From NCBI GenBank assembly GCA_048882045.1, contig JBHLRZ010000004.1, positions 91,440 to 155,439 of the forward strand: a stretch of 64,000 bases of DNA, given 5' to 3'. The stretch is from Candidatus Thorarchaeota archaeon (GTDB taxonomy: Archaea; Asgardarchaeota; Thorarchaeia; Thorarchaeales; Thorarchaeaceae). Each line of letters begins with the position of its first letter. The first letter of the stretch is position 1. The notes beneath the pieces were generated by a model. The model made no database searches. It was not told the DNA's origin and saw only the letters and a program-made list of their open reading frames with translations. Shown in pieces: positions 1 through 10,897 of the stretch. The position numbers were made by a program, and so were the translations under genes.

Positions 1-2
1 CA

Positions 3-566
3 AAACTGGATTGGGACATGGTGAATGAATGGGCAAGAGAGGGGCCAGTTAGGTCTCCTGAATCCAAACTGGAGTTCTTCCAGGATTGTCCAGATGATAT
101 CTTAGAAAAGTATTGCGAGATATATACCGAGGTTGATAACCAAGCTCCAAGACAGAATCTGGATGTTGGTGACTACATAATCACACCTGAGCTTCGTCGA
201 AAATATGAGAAGTATCACAAGGATGTTGATGCCACGTGGTTGACCGCCATTACTCGAGAGTCCAATGGTGATATCTCTGGCATGACAGAGGTCCTATATC
301 GTCCTTCCAAGGACCCACTCATCTCTCAACACCTCACTGGCGTTTCAGACAAGTATCGTAGTACAGGGAAAGGTAAATGGCTCAAGGCTGTCATGCTTCA
401 AGAAGTCTGTAGGCGCTTTCCATCTGTCACGACAGTCGTCACCGGAAATGCTACTACCAATGCTGCTATGCTCTCAATCAACAAAAGGTTGGGCTTTAAG
501 GCTCACAGAGAGTCGATTATGGCTCAGATGAAGACAGAAGATCTTGAGAAGTATCTTGCTAGGTAA
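3..566 (+). CDS. GNAT-family acetyltransferase (5'-truncated by window edge)
   Basis: Frame is open back to position 3. Contains TGVSDKYRSTGKGKWLK (acetyl-CoA motif A) and NAAMLSINKRLGF (motif B). Confidence 0.85.
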   Translation, partial: KLDWDMVNEWAREGPVRSPESKLEFFQDCPDDILEKYCEIYTEVDNQAPRQNLDVGDYIITPELRRKYEKYHKDVDATWLTAITRESNGDISGMTEVLYRPSKDPLISQHLTGVSDKYRSTGKGKWLKAVMLQEVCRRFPSVTTVVTGNATTNAAMLSINKRLGFKAHRESIMAQMKTEDLEKYLAR

Positions 567-664
567 TTTCGCCAAGTCACTTGACAAGACCCTCATCGCA
601 AATTTGACAATCTTTAAACAGCTTCAATCGAAATCACAAGAGGAATCATTATCGTATTCAATAG

Positions 665-2362
665 GTGGTGGGCTTCTTGAGGAGAGCATTGGCAATAATA
701 CTCTCACTGGTCATTTGTAACCTGTTTGTCCCACTTGTTGCTCTATCGACTCAACCAACAACAGAACTATCACCATCGACTTCAGTTCTTTCTGAAGAGT
801 TGACATTTTCTACATACTTTGGTGGCAGTGAAGATGATACTATCCATTGTGTTGTTGCTGATGACTACGGGAACATCTACATTGCAGGTGCCACTTCGTC
901 GAATGACATCCCTTCAGGTGGTGCCCTAAAGAGACCGTACGCGGGGAATGGTGACTACTATGTGACAAAGGTGAATGCAACTGGCCACATAGTCTACACA
1001 ACGTATATTGGCGGGGCGATGTGGGAAGGATACGCAAGTCTACATCCCAGCGGAGGTTGTTGGATAGATGTTGATGATATTGGTCGAGTCTACATGACTG
1101 GTTATACAGTGAGTGAAGATTTTCCAGTTGTGAATGCTTGGGATGACACTTATAGCGGTACTACTGATGCCTTTGCACTAAGACTCAGCGCTACTGGTAT
1201 AATTCAGTACTCAACATACCTTGGTGGCAATGGTCAGGATGTTGGAACATCCATTTCTGTTGATGACTTTGGAAATGCGTATGTGACTGGAACCACAGAG
1301 TCTACTGACTTTCCAGTTCTGAATGCTTTTGATGACCATCAAAGTGGGGATCGAGATGTGTTCATTTCGAAACTAGATTCAACAGGTCAGCTGAGCTATT
1401 CTACATACATTGGTGGCGGACTTTCTGAGAGCTCACGAACTGGCGGTTCAACTGTCGATGGGAGTGGTAATGCATACATTGTTGGGAACACTAACTCGTT
1501 AGATTTTCCCACAGTGAATGCATATGACGATTCTTGTGAAGGTATTTCTGGCGACCTCTTCTTTTGTAAGATCAATACAACTGGTCACCTATTAGCGAGT
1601 TCATTTTTCGGTGGATCGGCAACTGATGACCATGGAAACATTGCTGTTGATAGTGCTGGAAACATCTACATCTCGGGTCATGGGTCAGGGAATTTTCCAA
1701 AGACTCATACCCTCACAACAAATCACAACATGTTTGTGGCTAAGTTTGATAGTAGTGGCGAGAATCTGATTTACTCTGCAGCCTTTGGCGGTTACAACGC
1801 TGACAATCCATATGGTCTGGAAGCCGATGATGATGGTTGTGTGTTTCTTACTGGATCTACATACTCGTCGGACTTTCCTATGGAAAATGCCTATGATGAT
1901 TTGAAAGGAGGATATATGGACAGTTTTCTGGTGAAACTGTCGAGTGGCGGTGACCACATTCTCTTTTCTTCGTACTTTGGTGGGAATTCTGTGGAGTATG
2001 GGCTATCACTCACGAAAACCAATTCCAGCTATGTCTATCTCGCTGGGATTACGAACTCAACAGATTTTCCATTGGCATCACCAATTGATTCGACATCACA
2101 GAATGTTGAAGGTTTTCTACTCAGAATTGAGGATGTATGGTCAGATATTCCACCTACATCTACAACCTCTACGACTACAACTTCGACCACTACCACCATT
2201 ACAACAACCTCGCCTTCTACTACGACGACTCCAATTTCAATCTCCACCTCAGGTGTAGGATTATCTACAGTGGTAATTGACGGTCTTTTGATCGCAGGAA
2301 TTGGGGTTGAGGTAGCAATCATAGTCGTATTTCTTTCACGTCGTCAACGCGACAGACATTGA
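665..2362 (+). CDS. SBBP-repeat beta-propeller surface protein with signal peptide, Thr-rich linker and C-terminal TM anchor
   Basis: Repeated STYLGG..D....I.VD..GN.Y.TG.T.S.DFP units, hydrophobic N-terminus, TTSTTTTS linker, then TM helix and basic tail. Confidence 0.85.
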   Translation: MVGFLRRALAIILSLVICNLFVPLVALSTQPTTELSPSTSVLSEELTFSTYFGGSEDDTIHCVVADDYGNIYIAGATSSNDIPSGGALKRPYAGNGDYYVTKVNATGHIVYTTYIGGAMWEGYASLHPSGGCWIDVDDIGRVYMTGYTVSEDFPVVNAWDDTYSGTTDAFALRLSATGIIQYSTYLGGNGQDVGTSISVDDFGNAYVTGTTESTDFPVLNAFDDHQSGDRDVFISKLDSTGQLSYSTYIGGGLSESSRTGGSTVDGSGNAYIVGNTNSLDFPTVNAYDDSCEGISGDLFFCKINTTGHLLASSFFGGSATDDHGNIAVDSAGNIYISGHGSGNFPKTHTLTTNHNMFVAKFDSSGENLIYSAAFGGYNADNPYGLEADDDGCVFLTGSTYSSDFPMENAYDDLKGGYMDSFLVKLSSGGDHILFSSYFGGNSVEYGLSLTKTNSSYVYLAGITNSTDFPLASPIDSTSQNVEGFLLRIEDVWSDIPPTSTTSTTTTSTTTTITTTSPSTTTTPISISTSGVGLSTVVIDGLLIAGIGVEVAIIVVFLSRRQRDRH

Positions 2363-2490
2363 ATTCAAATAATTGCTTCATGAACTGAACTTTTCATTCT
2401 CTTCTCATTTGTTGGCTTCATAAGACACTACCATAGCCGATGAATGAAGAGGAGGTTTCATATGTGTGCTATAGTCTCAATTAGCTCAGG

Positions 2491-3630
2491 ATGTCCATCA
2501 TCATGAATCTCGAAATCTTTGAGCTTGAACGGATGCAGTCCGAGTTTGAACATGTTGTGAAGTACAACCTCTCTGAGAGTGGCGTTGAACCTCTTCGGAT
2601 AAAGGACCTCCTCCACTCCGATGAACTGATGGTGAAGTTTCTGAATCTCCAACTTGTGTATTCACAGACGAATGGAACAATCCCTCTTCGGGAGGCAATC
2701 GCTGGAGATTACGACGGGATTGGTGCCAACCACATCCTCGCTACTAATGGTGGGGCTGAAGCCAACTTTGTGGTGTCTTGGTGGTTGACACATGAGAATC
2801 CTGAATCAAGCGAGTTCGTATTCATGGTCCCCAACTACATGCAGATCGGTGGAATCTGGAAGAACCTCGGAAGGAGGGTTAGACAATTCCCCCTGCGGAT
2901 GAGGGATGGAGAGTGGGTCCCTGACATTGAGGAACTGAAGTCTGTTGTTTCAAAGAAGACTGCTGCCATAGCGATCTGTAATCCAAACAATCCAACTGGA
3001 GCGATTGTGAACGAAAAGAATCTGAAAGCAATCGTTGACGTAGCTTCTGACAACGGTTCATGGGTTGTTTCAGACGAGATTTATCGGGGTGCAGAGATAC
3101 ATGATGAACGTACTCCTTCCATACAGGGTCGCTATGAGAGGGTCCTAGTCACCTCCAGTCTCTCGAAGGCATACGGACTCCCCGGCTTACGCCTAGGGTG
3201 GGTGGTCTGTCCAACGGAGGACATTGCACACCAGCTATGGACCTACTCTGACTACACATCCATCTGTCCATCCACTCCCAGTAATTGGCTGGCAACCTTA
3301 GCTCTTGATCCAAAGTTCAGGAGTGGTATCGAGGACAGAGCTCGGAAGATAATCAGAGAGAACTGGGAGATTGTTAGAGAATGGCTGGACACACATGGGT
3401 CCCTCTTTGAGTATGTGCCGCCCAAGGCTGCAGCAATCTGCTTCATCAAACAGAACACGGGCTTAAGTTCGTTGGAGCTCGTCCACCGTCTCATGAAGGA
3501 GAAGAGCGTCCTCATTTCTCCTGGAGAACACTTCGATATGCCTGGGCATCTCCGAATAGGTTTTGGTAGTGAGCCAGAGTACCTAAGACATAGTCTCAGC
3601 TTGATCAGTGAACTATTGAATGAACTGTAG
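2491..3630 (+). CDS. PLP-dependent aminotransferase class I/II (start may be ATG 2503)
   Basis: NPNNPTG, SDEIY and SLSKAYGLPGLRLGW (PLP lysine) motifs. Confidence 0.92.
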   Translation: MSIIMNLEIFELERMQSEFEHVVKYNLSESGVEPLRIKDLLHSDELMVKFLNLQLVYSQTNGTIPLREAIAGDYDGIGANHILATNGGAEANFVVSWWLTHENPESSEFVFMVPNYMQIGGIWKNLGRRVRQFPLRMRDGEWVPDIEELKSVVSKKTAAIAICNPNNPTGAIVNEKNLKAIVDVASDNGSWVVSDEIYRGAEIHDERTPSIQGRYERVLVTSSLSKAYGLPGLRLGWVVCPTEDIAHQLWTYSDYTSICPSTPSNWLATLALDPKFRSGIEDRARKIIRENWEIVREWLDTHGSLFEYVPPKAAAICFIKQNTGLSSLELVHRLMKEKSVLISPGEHFDMPGHLRIGFGSEPEYLRHSLSLISELLNEL

Positions 3631-3634
3631 TGTT

Positions 3635-4315
3635 CTATTGATTGGGTCGAGGAATCTCAAAGGGAACATTACATCCCTGACAGACAACTACTTTCTCTGC
3701 ACTCTCAGCCCGTATCTTGACAAGCATGTCGACTCCACACTGAGGACATGTGCCAACTATGCCCTCTTCAGTAGCAACCGACTTCGTTGCTTCAGCGAAA
3801 TTCGAAAAGCCGTATGCTAACCATCTCCCAACGTATCCATCGATGATAGAATAGATTACGATCCTTGGAACCGCCACAATCAGAAAGGTCACGAGGTCTA
3901 GATTCGGGAATAGCCAATCAATGGCCATGTTTGGAAGACCAAATATCACCAGAAGAATGATGAGTACTGTCCCATGTCCTGTATAACTCTTGAATCCTCC
4001 AGGGGGTGTTGCATTCCAAAAAGACCTAGATAAAACAGCATTGATTAGACCAGCTACAAAGAAGACCAATACGAGGAGCACAACAAAGAACAATACCAAC
4101 ACGACATACCCGACCAGCTCCCCTGCAGCTACTGCTATGGCACCTACAATAATCGTTTCAATTAATACGATAACTGCAAACATCAGAGTTGCAAGGGTTC
4201 CAATGATCGCATAGAAGAGTCCATGCATGAAATACTTCGGTAAATCTTGGATGAACGTTCGTTCCTTCTGTGCCAAGTCCTTCTGACCTCCTCGGTCCCT
4301 TGACTTGGCAGGCAT
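3635..4315 (-). CDS. Membrane protein (about 4 TM) with C-terminal zinc ribbon
   Basis: Hydrophobic segments followed by CPQC...CQGC. Confidence 0.75.
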   Translation of the reverse strand: MPAKSRDRGGQKDLAQKERTFIQDLPKYFMHGLFYAIIGTLATLMFAVIVLIETIIVGAIAVAAGELVGYVVLVLFFVVLLVLVFFVAGLINAVLSRSFWNATPPGGFKSYTGHGTVLIILLVIFGLPNMAIDWLFPNLDLVTFLIVAVPRIVIYSIIDGYVGRWLAYGFSNFAEATKSVATEEGIVGTCPQCGVDMLVKIRAESAEKVVVCQGCNVPFEIPRPNQ

Positions 4316-4621
4316 CTCCTCAAGATAAATCTTGGTGAAGAATCACTACAAATGCTTCATGAAATATAGCTTCTGCAAAAGGTTTGAATTTTGCTTTTTC
4401 ATTGCAAAAACAGCACCTATTATTGATTAAAAATGATTAATATTGGTTATTTTTCGATTTTAAGCATAATTTCGATTTTTTTGGAAAGACAAAGCACGTA
4501 TATCCCTCCAATACACTTTCGGAAATATGATACGCTTAATCCATACTCAGGCTAACTGCTTTGAACCTTTTAGACAATCATACTCTTGCAGTCAGATTTG
4601 ATTGTGGGATGTAAGAAGAAA

Positions 4622-4747
4622 ATGTCGACAGAGGTGAAGAAGTCCAGAACCAAGAAGACTCCCATGAGGGAGGATCAGCTCGATGAAGAGGATCGAGAGA
4701 TCATACGCCTCTTGGAACTGGCGAGAATCTACTATGATGGTCCGTGA
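4622..4747 (+). CDS. Small 41-aa protein, below the ORF-track cutoff
   Basis: ATG..TGA reading MSTEVKKSRTKKTPMREDQLDEEDREIIRLLELARIYYDGP. Purine-rich, coding-like composition; follows an AT-rich intergenic region and precedes the TPR gene. Confidence 0.55.
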   Translation: MSTEVKKSRTKKTPMREDQLDEEDREIIRLLELARIYYDGP

Positions 4748-4787
4748 ACCAAATCATAGAGTGTGAGAATATGGACGTGGAAATAAC

Positions 4788-5315
4788 TTGTCGGAGACGG
4801 ATACGAAAGATGAGAATCTACTAGGTCACTTCCAAGAAGCAATGTTGCGAGCATCAGGACCAGCCATCCACAGAGCGTTAGATGAGAAACTCGATGACGC
4901 CCAGGCGATAGATGCAGAGTACGCATGTCTGATGTCAATGATGCTCGAGCCCAAGAATCCCACGATGTGGAATGCACTCGCTTTAGTTCAGATGATATCG
5001 AGTAAACCTGACGATGCGGAGGATTCTATCAGACGGTCTCTCGAGATTGATACCTCTAACTCATGGACCTGGACTATCTGGGGGGACCTTCTCAAGAATG
5101 AGAATAGAATCATTGAATCGGAAAGAGCATACAGGATGGCCGTGGAACTGGATCCAGTGAACGAGCACGCACTGAGGCAATTGGTCTTCATCACTGACTC
5201 ACGAGAGGCGCATCCTGAAACTCTCACACTACTCGAAACTCTGCTTCCTCAACTTCCTGAAGACCAGGAACTCTGGGACATCTACTCAAGGTGCCTTAGA
5301 AGGATGAAGAAGTGA
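4788..5315 (+). CDS. TPR-repeat protein
   Basis: LEPKNPTMWNALA, SLEIDTSNSWTW and AVELDPVNEHAL repeats. Confidence 0.8.
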   Translation: MSETDTKDENLLGHFQEAMLRASGPAIHRALDEKLDDAQAIDAEYACLMSMMLEPKNPTMWNALALVQMISSKPDDAEDSIRRSLEIDTSNSWTWTIWGDLLKNENRIIESERAYRMAVELDPVNEHALRQLVFITDSREAHPETLTLLETLLPQLPEDQELWDIYSRCLRRMKK

Positions 5316-8129
5316 TCACTCTGAATGCCTGAAATCATCCGCTAGGTTCGAGTTCAGACCTCGATTAGTAACATAATAGGTGGTAGTAAATGCGGATGTT
5401 AGACTCAGGATTAGTATACCTGCGAGTAGAGGTAGAGGAAGGACCAGGTAGACAGGTAGACGAGACCAGACAATCTCAGTCGTCACTCCCAGGAAAGCCA
5501 ATGGGATCTGGAGCAGCAGTGATGACAGTAGGAATCCAATCAATGATCCAATCAACATTCCTAGGACCATACTCACTCCTGTATCGACAAATACAGCTGA
5601 TATTATTGACGAGTTGGACGTGCCAAGTGCCCTCAAGATTGAGAATTGCTTCTGTAATCGACGGGTCTTCACTACTGAGATTATCATAAGACCCGCAGTG
5701 AGATACATGAGCGAGAACAGAGTGTTGAGAGTATAAACACCGTAGATGGACTGGCCAGTCCTCGAGTCCAGTATTGAATCAATCTCCGACTGGGATGACA
5801 CCAACTCATCAGTAGTGAAGTTGGCCACACTCCTGATGTCTTCCATCACCTTGGTAGAGTTTGCAGTTTCATGCAGGTCAACATAGATCTTGTTCACTGT
5901 CGATGTGTTGCGGATGTTTTGGATGTAGTCAATATTCATGATTACGAAGTCTTGAACATCAGGTTCTCCAGGGAAATAGTTTGTACCTCTCTGTTCATAA
6001 TCTGCAGACATCACATCCACGATAGTACAGTCAATAATGAAGCTCAATCCAGAAGTTACAGTGACTATCTTCACAGAATCATAGTATAATGGATTTCCTC
6101 CCGCATATTGCTCTATAGGCTTGAATGAGCTGATGATATTCGTATGGTTCTCTGCCAGTAGTGAAATCCTGTCAACTGGGTTCCTACTCATAGTGAAGTA
6201 CGGCAGCAAGAATACAGTTTCAGCCCAGGTGTCTGGATCGATTCCATAAATGGGAAGTGAAATGTTCACTAGTACAGGATCTTGATTCTCAAGCGCCTGG
6301 AGGAACTGTACGAACGAGTAAGTTTTCAAAAGAGCACTGGTGTTGTTTACACCTTCGATAGCATTGATTTGATCGACAATGTCATTTGTAACATTCCTCA
6401 GATTTTCATCAACATTGATTACAATGTCTGCTCCTACCATGAAACTAAACAACTCCTCCATATGATTTGAACCTGTTGAAGATGATACAACAGAGAAGAG
6501 ACCTGCAGTGAAGACAAGTCCAATGAACATGACGCCCATTGCTTCACTTTTCTTAGCCAATAGGGCATTCCTCGACATCACACGGGCTCCTATAATACGT
6601 GATGTGTTTCGGGTAAGACCTAACAACTTGGATTTGATGAAGGAGGTTGGCAAGGAAAGAATCCTTGACAGAACAACAATGAAAATCCCAAACATTGTGA
6701 TAACCAAAACTGCAAACAGAGCGAATCCAGTTGGAGAAACTCCACCAGTTCCAAGTGACGTCAGTAATGGAGTGATGAGAAGTCCGGATACAATGAATGC
6801 TACCACTTCCATGATTGGTGGACGGAGTATTTCCTTACCAGCAAGGGCTTGTTTCTCTACAACTGAGTGAGCTTCATCTGGTGTCATGAGTAGTGCGTTG
6901 ACTGCAGAAGGTAGTGAAATGGCAAAACCGACTATGAATGAGAATACAAAGACGATTATGATGGAACTAGGCTCGAGGAGAAGGTTGAAGCTGGCAAGAT
7001 TATCTGGAGTAAAGACTAAGAGCTGTCTTACTCCACCAGAGAGTATTGCAGCAAGAGTTCCAGTTGCAACCGCTCCTATACTCCCTATTATTCCAGTCAA
7101 GAAAGCACTCGATATAATCCAAGTGAAAGACTGCCAACCTGATGCTCCTCTAGTTATCAGAGTGCCCGTGTCACGTCTTCGCTGATCCTCCGTCAACCTC
7201 GAATTATAAACAAGAAGCATCACTCCCATTACGATACTTGGAATCGAGAACGACAGTGAAATTATCGTCATTGTGGATGCCCAGGAGTTGTATCCATAAA
7301 CTATTCCCAGAATCTCGAATTCAGCCACTCTCGCATAAGGTAGAGTGCGTTGCTCGATTCTTGCCTTGACTTCGGAAAGAGATGACTCAACATGACTTGG
7401 ACTGCTATGGGTGATGAAACTCGAATCAAATATAGTCCATATACTATAGAACACCTCATTAGATGTTTGAAGTCCTACATTGTTGAATTCGGACACCAGA
7501 CCTGCCCGTGTTGTGATCATCCGAAGTGACGTTATTGGATTCCCACTGACGTCCCGACGACTGCTGAAGGTGTTAGTTCTGAACAGCCCAATGACCTTGT
7601 AGCTTGCATTGTATCTCTGTAGTGTGAAGTTTTCATCGAGTGCTATGATGTCAGCAACATAGTCATCGCCAATTTGAAGGTGGAGATATTCTGCCCAATC
7701 ATATTCAATATAGCATGTGCTTTCATTGAGCTCGGATTCTACTGAAATGAGTTGAATTGCATGTGGAAATACTTGGAAGATAGAATTATCCACACCGATA
7801 TAGCTATACTTTCGAAATCTACTCTCAGGGTAACTATGGTCCCACCCCTCAATGAAGGCAACTATCTCTGTGTCGGAGACAAGCTCCTGTTCTCTGACGA
7901 TACTATCAATATCCTCGATGGAAGCAGTAGATGAATCATAGAATTCAGGCGTACACTGAACCTCCATATCTATTGGAATGTCTTCAGTCATTTCTTCAAG
8001 CACATTTGTGCTAGTACTGTCCATGTAGAACAAAACTCCCCCAAGAACTCCAGCTGACAATGAGAACATGAGTAGAGTCGCTAAAACCTGAGGACTATGT
8101 GAAGCAAGACGTGATAGTAGAAACATCAT
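5316..8129 (-). CDS. Large FtsX/MacB-type ABC transporter permease (two FtsX modules)
   Basis: RRRDTGTLITRGAS and KQFSILRALGTS FtsX motifs, GADIV, and large extracytoplasmic domains between TM blocks. Confidence 0.85.
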   Translation of the reverse strand: MMFLLSRLASHSPQVLATLLMFSLSAGVLGGVLFYMDSTSTNVLEEMTEDIPIDMEVQCTPEFYDSSTASIEDIDSIVREQELVSDTEIVAFIEGWDHSYPESRFRKYSYIGVDNSIFQVFPHAIQLISVESELNESTCYIEYDWAEYLHLQIGDDYVADIIALDENFTLQRYNASYKVIGLFRTNTFSSRRDVSGNPITSLRMITTRAGLVSEFNNVGLQTSNEVFYSIWTIFDSSFITHSSPSHVESSLSEVKARIEQRTLPYARVAEFEILGIVYGYNSWASTMTIISLSFSIPSIVMGVMLLVYNSRLTEDQRRRDTGTLITRGASGWQSFTWIISSAFLTGIIGSIGAVATGTLAAILSGGVRQLLVFTPDNLASFNLLLEPSSIIIVFVFSFIVGFAISLPSAVNALLMTPDEAHSVVEKQALAGKEILRPPIMEVVAFIVSGLLITPLLTSLGTGGVSPTGFALFAVLVITMFGIFIVVLSRILSLPTSFIKSKLLGLTRNTSRIIGARVMSRNALLAKKSEAMGVMFIGLVFTAGLFSVVSSSTGSNHMEELFSFMVGADIVINVDENLRNVTNDIVDQINAIEGVNNTSALLKTYSFVQFLQALENQDPVLVNISLPIYGIDPDTWAETVFLLPYFTMSRNPVDRISLLAENHTNIISSFKPIEQYAGGNPLYYDSVKIVTVTSGLSFIIDCTIVDVMSADYEQRGTNYFPGEPDVQDFVIMNIDYIQNIRNTSTVNKIYVDLHETANSTKVMEDIRSVANFTTDELVSSQSEIDSILDSRTGQSIYGVYTLNTLFSLMYLTAGLMIISVVKTRRLQKQFSILRALGTSNSSIISAVFVDTGVSMVLGMLIGSLIGFLLSSLLLQIPLAFLGVTTEIVWSRLPVYLVLPLPLLAGILILSLTSAFTTTYYVTNRGLNSNLADDFRHSE

Positions 8130-10897
8130 CCTACCTCCACATATGGACTGGATTCAGTCCACGCACTGTTTAGTGCTTCGCTGAGATCGACTCTTGAACT
8201 GAGAATAGCAATCACCGTGATGAATATTGCAACGCAGAAGATGAAGAACAATAGAATGACGCTCATCAATAACACTGGAGTGATGATTGTTACAGGCGAA
8301 GGATACACGTAGGTCACTCCACCATAGGTTCGTATAGCCGCAAGGAGTGAGTTCACTGTCAGCACGGGAGTGAAGAGGCCAAGCAACATGACACTCATAA
8401 TGAATAAGACAAGCATTTCTGCAGCCTGTGTCTTCACTACGAGATTTCTCTCGGCTCCCATAGATCTGAGAAGAGCAATCTCACGTTTCCTTGCCTTGAC
8501 GCCCTCTATGGCATAGATGACAAAAGCCCCAAAGATAGCTCCTACACTGAGCATTGTGAACAGTGTATCAGTCGAACGGTCCACAACGTAGATATCTTGT
8601 GAGATGTATGTTAGAAGTTCATTTAAGGCTGACACCCATCCATCCTCCTCCAGGACATCAGACCATCCATTTGTGAGAAGTTCTTTAGCAATGAGAGTTG
8701 CATTCACTATTTCTTCCACTCTCATGCAATAGATATTCTCAACTTCTTCTTCAAAGGACAGGATGATATCAATATCCTCTCGATTTACCCACACCTGTCC
8801 TGATCCAACCTCATATGTCCATTCGATTCCTGGGTATGGATTGGATCCTCCCGAAAAAGTCAGTGTATCTGGTAGAGCATCAACGACTCCAATAATAGTG
8901 AACTCTAGAGCTTCCAGTTCAGTTTCATTCCTCCAAAATGCCCTAAGAACACCGCCAGTTGAGAGACCGTACTTCTCTGCGACATCCTGTGTAACTATTG
9001 CTCCTGTTTGTGATAGCTCGAGCTGCTCCAACAAAAGGCCTAGACCTGATTCGTTTAAATGGTTTCCAACTGAATCATAACCGACTCTGGAATATTCCGT
9101 TGGGTTCAGACCTACAAACTCGAAAGTACCTTCGGTTCCAGTTGAAAGAGGCAATGACACCTTACTCAGAATACTACCCGAGGCTGAGGGCAAACCTTGT
9201 GTCATGTTGCCAATAAAAGACTCCCACTGATCTGACTCATCTGAATCCAAGTGAAATGCCAAATCCCCTCCTATCGCAAACCTCGACTGGTTTAGTCTCG
9301 TATACGGCAAGGTTGCATCATTGATTGCATAGTTCCATCCAAGACTCATTGCCAGTACTAAAACAATGATGAGTGAGCCAGATGACGCGGTGGTTTTGCC
9401 TATTCTCCTGATTCCGACAGTTGCTGGAATATTGCCGACCAAACCGCTGAATACTCTAGAAAATAGGTGAGCACCTCTCCTCATGGCCTTGATTGCCAAA
9501 CTGGTCATTCCGAAGAACAATGTGAAGGGTAGAACACTTAGGACAACATATAGAAATGGATCACGTGTCACTATCGTTCCTGCCAGATTGAGTGCCACAA
9601 GAAGCAAAATACTCAAAGCTAGGAGTGAAGCGTCACCACGTACGAAGCTAAGTGCCTTGGTTATCCTCGCCAGTCTTCCTGTACTCTCTCGACTAGTAAT
9701 CTTCAATGCACTTCGGAGTTGATGAATCAGCAGTATGATTGCAGGAAGTGCAACTCCCGCAATGACAGAATACACAATACTGTCAATGGAAATCAACAAC
9801 GCGTTAGTGAATAGTCTCTGGTAATCGATAATAAAAAATCCATTTGATGCAATTGCAAATCTACTGGCTACTACCCCCACTGCAAATCCGAGTGGGACAG
9901 ATAGAACAGCCAAGCTGATGATCTCCAAATTGACTAGTAGTCCAACTCGAAAACGTGAGGCTCCTCTTGCTACTAGCATATTGATTTCATAGGTTCTTTC
10001 ATTCCAGATGTGGTTGACTGCCAAGTAGAGGACAGATAGCTCGAGAAGAAGAACTCCACCACTTCGAAGAGTCTGTGATGAACGAAGGTCCGTCAAATAT
10101 TCCAAATAGTCCTCGATCCCGTCACCAAGTAAATTGACGACAGTATAGGTTGGCCTGCCTCCTCGATTGTAATAGGTGTCGAGCATCCTGATCTGTTCAT
10201 TGATTTCATAGAGATGGTTCAGTGAACCAGCGGGGTCATATGGCACTACGTCACCTCTGTCAACATCTGCATAGATGAAGCTGAACGACATTAAGGACCT
10301 CAATGATTCATGGAACAACACATGGCCGCGGGTGTAGTAGTATGAGTTTTGAAAGCCAGTTTCTCCATGTTCGAAAATACCTGTAACAATAGCAGGTTCA
10401 TATGATGGGTCGAACGGGTTCAAAGATTCATATGAGTAATTGACCTGATCTCCCACACTCACATAGAGCAAATCTGCTACAAGAACTGAAATTGCAATTT
10501 CTGAAGCATTTTCAGGAAACTTGCCTTCCGCGAGTGTGAAAATAGTTGGATAGGTGTCTGTGAATCCTTCACTATATTCCATTCCATACGTATTTACCTG
10601 CCAACGGAGTCCCAGCGACCTCGATGCAAGGTAGGCGAATGTCCCTTTGATCGGTTCTGCGTTACTTATTCCCGGTATCCCTCGAAAGTCATCAATCTCG
10701 CTATCAATCCCATCTCCAATCGCAACCAATGCTACTGGCCCAACATCACACTCAGAATTCCATACCTCCATAGAGTATGAGTCAACATACACCATTACAC
10801 CTGCGATTATCGCTGATGACAACATGAAGCATAGAAGGGCCACTAACTTCCTTCTCTTTCCTTGAAATGCTTCATAGTCAACAGGAATTGATACCAC
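8126..10897 (-). CDS. Large FtsX/MacB-type ABC transporter permease (two FtsX modules)
   Basis: YEINMLVARGAS and RKREIALLRSMGA motifs, GGDL, and a 4-nt ATGA overlap with the downstream paralog. Confidence 0.85.
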   Translation of the reverse strand: MVSIPVDYEAFQGKRRKLVALLCFMLSSAIIAGVMVYVDSYSMEVWNSECDVGPVALVAIGDGIDSEIDDFRGIPGISNAEPIKGTFAYLASRSLGLRWQVNTYGMEYSEGFTDTYPTIFTLAEGKFPENASEIAISVLVADLLYVSVGDQVNYSYESLNPFDPSYEPAIVTGIFEHGETGFQNSYYYTRGHVLFHESLRSLMSFSFIYADVDRGDVVPYDPAGSLNHLYEINEQIRMLDTYYNRGGRPTYTVVNLLGDGIEDYLEYLTDLRSSQTLRSGGVLLLELSVLYLAVNHIWNERTYEINMLVARGASRFRVGLLVNLEIISLAVLSVPLGFAVGVVASRFAIASNGFFIIDYQRLFTNALLISIDSIVYSVIAGVALPAIILLIHQLRSALKITSRESTGRLARITKALSFVRGDASLLALSILLLVALNLAGTIVTRDPFLYVVLSVLPFTLFFGMTSLAIKAMRRGAHLFSRVFSGLVGNIPATVGIRRIGKTTASSGSLIIVLVLAMSLGWNYAINDATLPYTRLNQSRFAIGGDLAFHLDSDESDQWESFIGNMTQGLPSASGSILSKVSLPLSTGTEGTFEFVGLNPTEYSRVGYDSVGNHLNESGLGLLLEQLELSQTGAIVTQDVAEKYGLSTGGVLRAFWRNETELEALEFTIIGVVDALPDTLTFSGGSNPYPGIEWTYEVGSGQVWVNREDIDIILSFEEEVENIYCMRVEEIVNATLIAKELLTNGWSDVLEEDGWVSALNELLTYISQDIYVVDRSTDTLFTMLSVGAIFGAFVIYAIEGVKARKREIALLRSMGAERNLVVKTQAAEMLVLFIMSVMLLGLFTPVLTVNSLLAAIRTYGGVTYVYPSPVTIITPVLLMSVILLFFIFCVAIFITVIAILSSRVDLSEALNSAWTESSPYVEVG

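Noticed and set aside
2491-3630. Capreomycidine-synthase-like aminotransferase as a sign of a natural-product cluster
   Set aside because: No biosynthetic neighbours; a generic class I/II aminotransferase explains it.
4360-4530. AT-rich tract as a replication origin
   Set aside because: No ORB-like G-string repeats and no orc1/cdc6 nearby.
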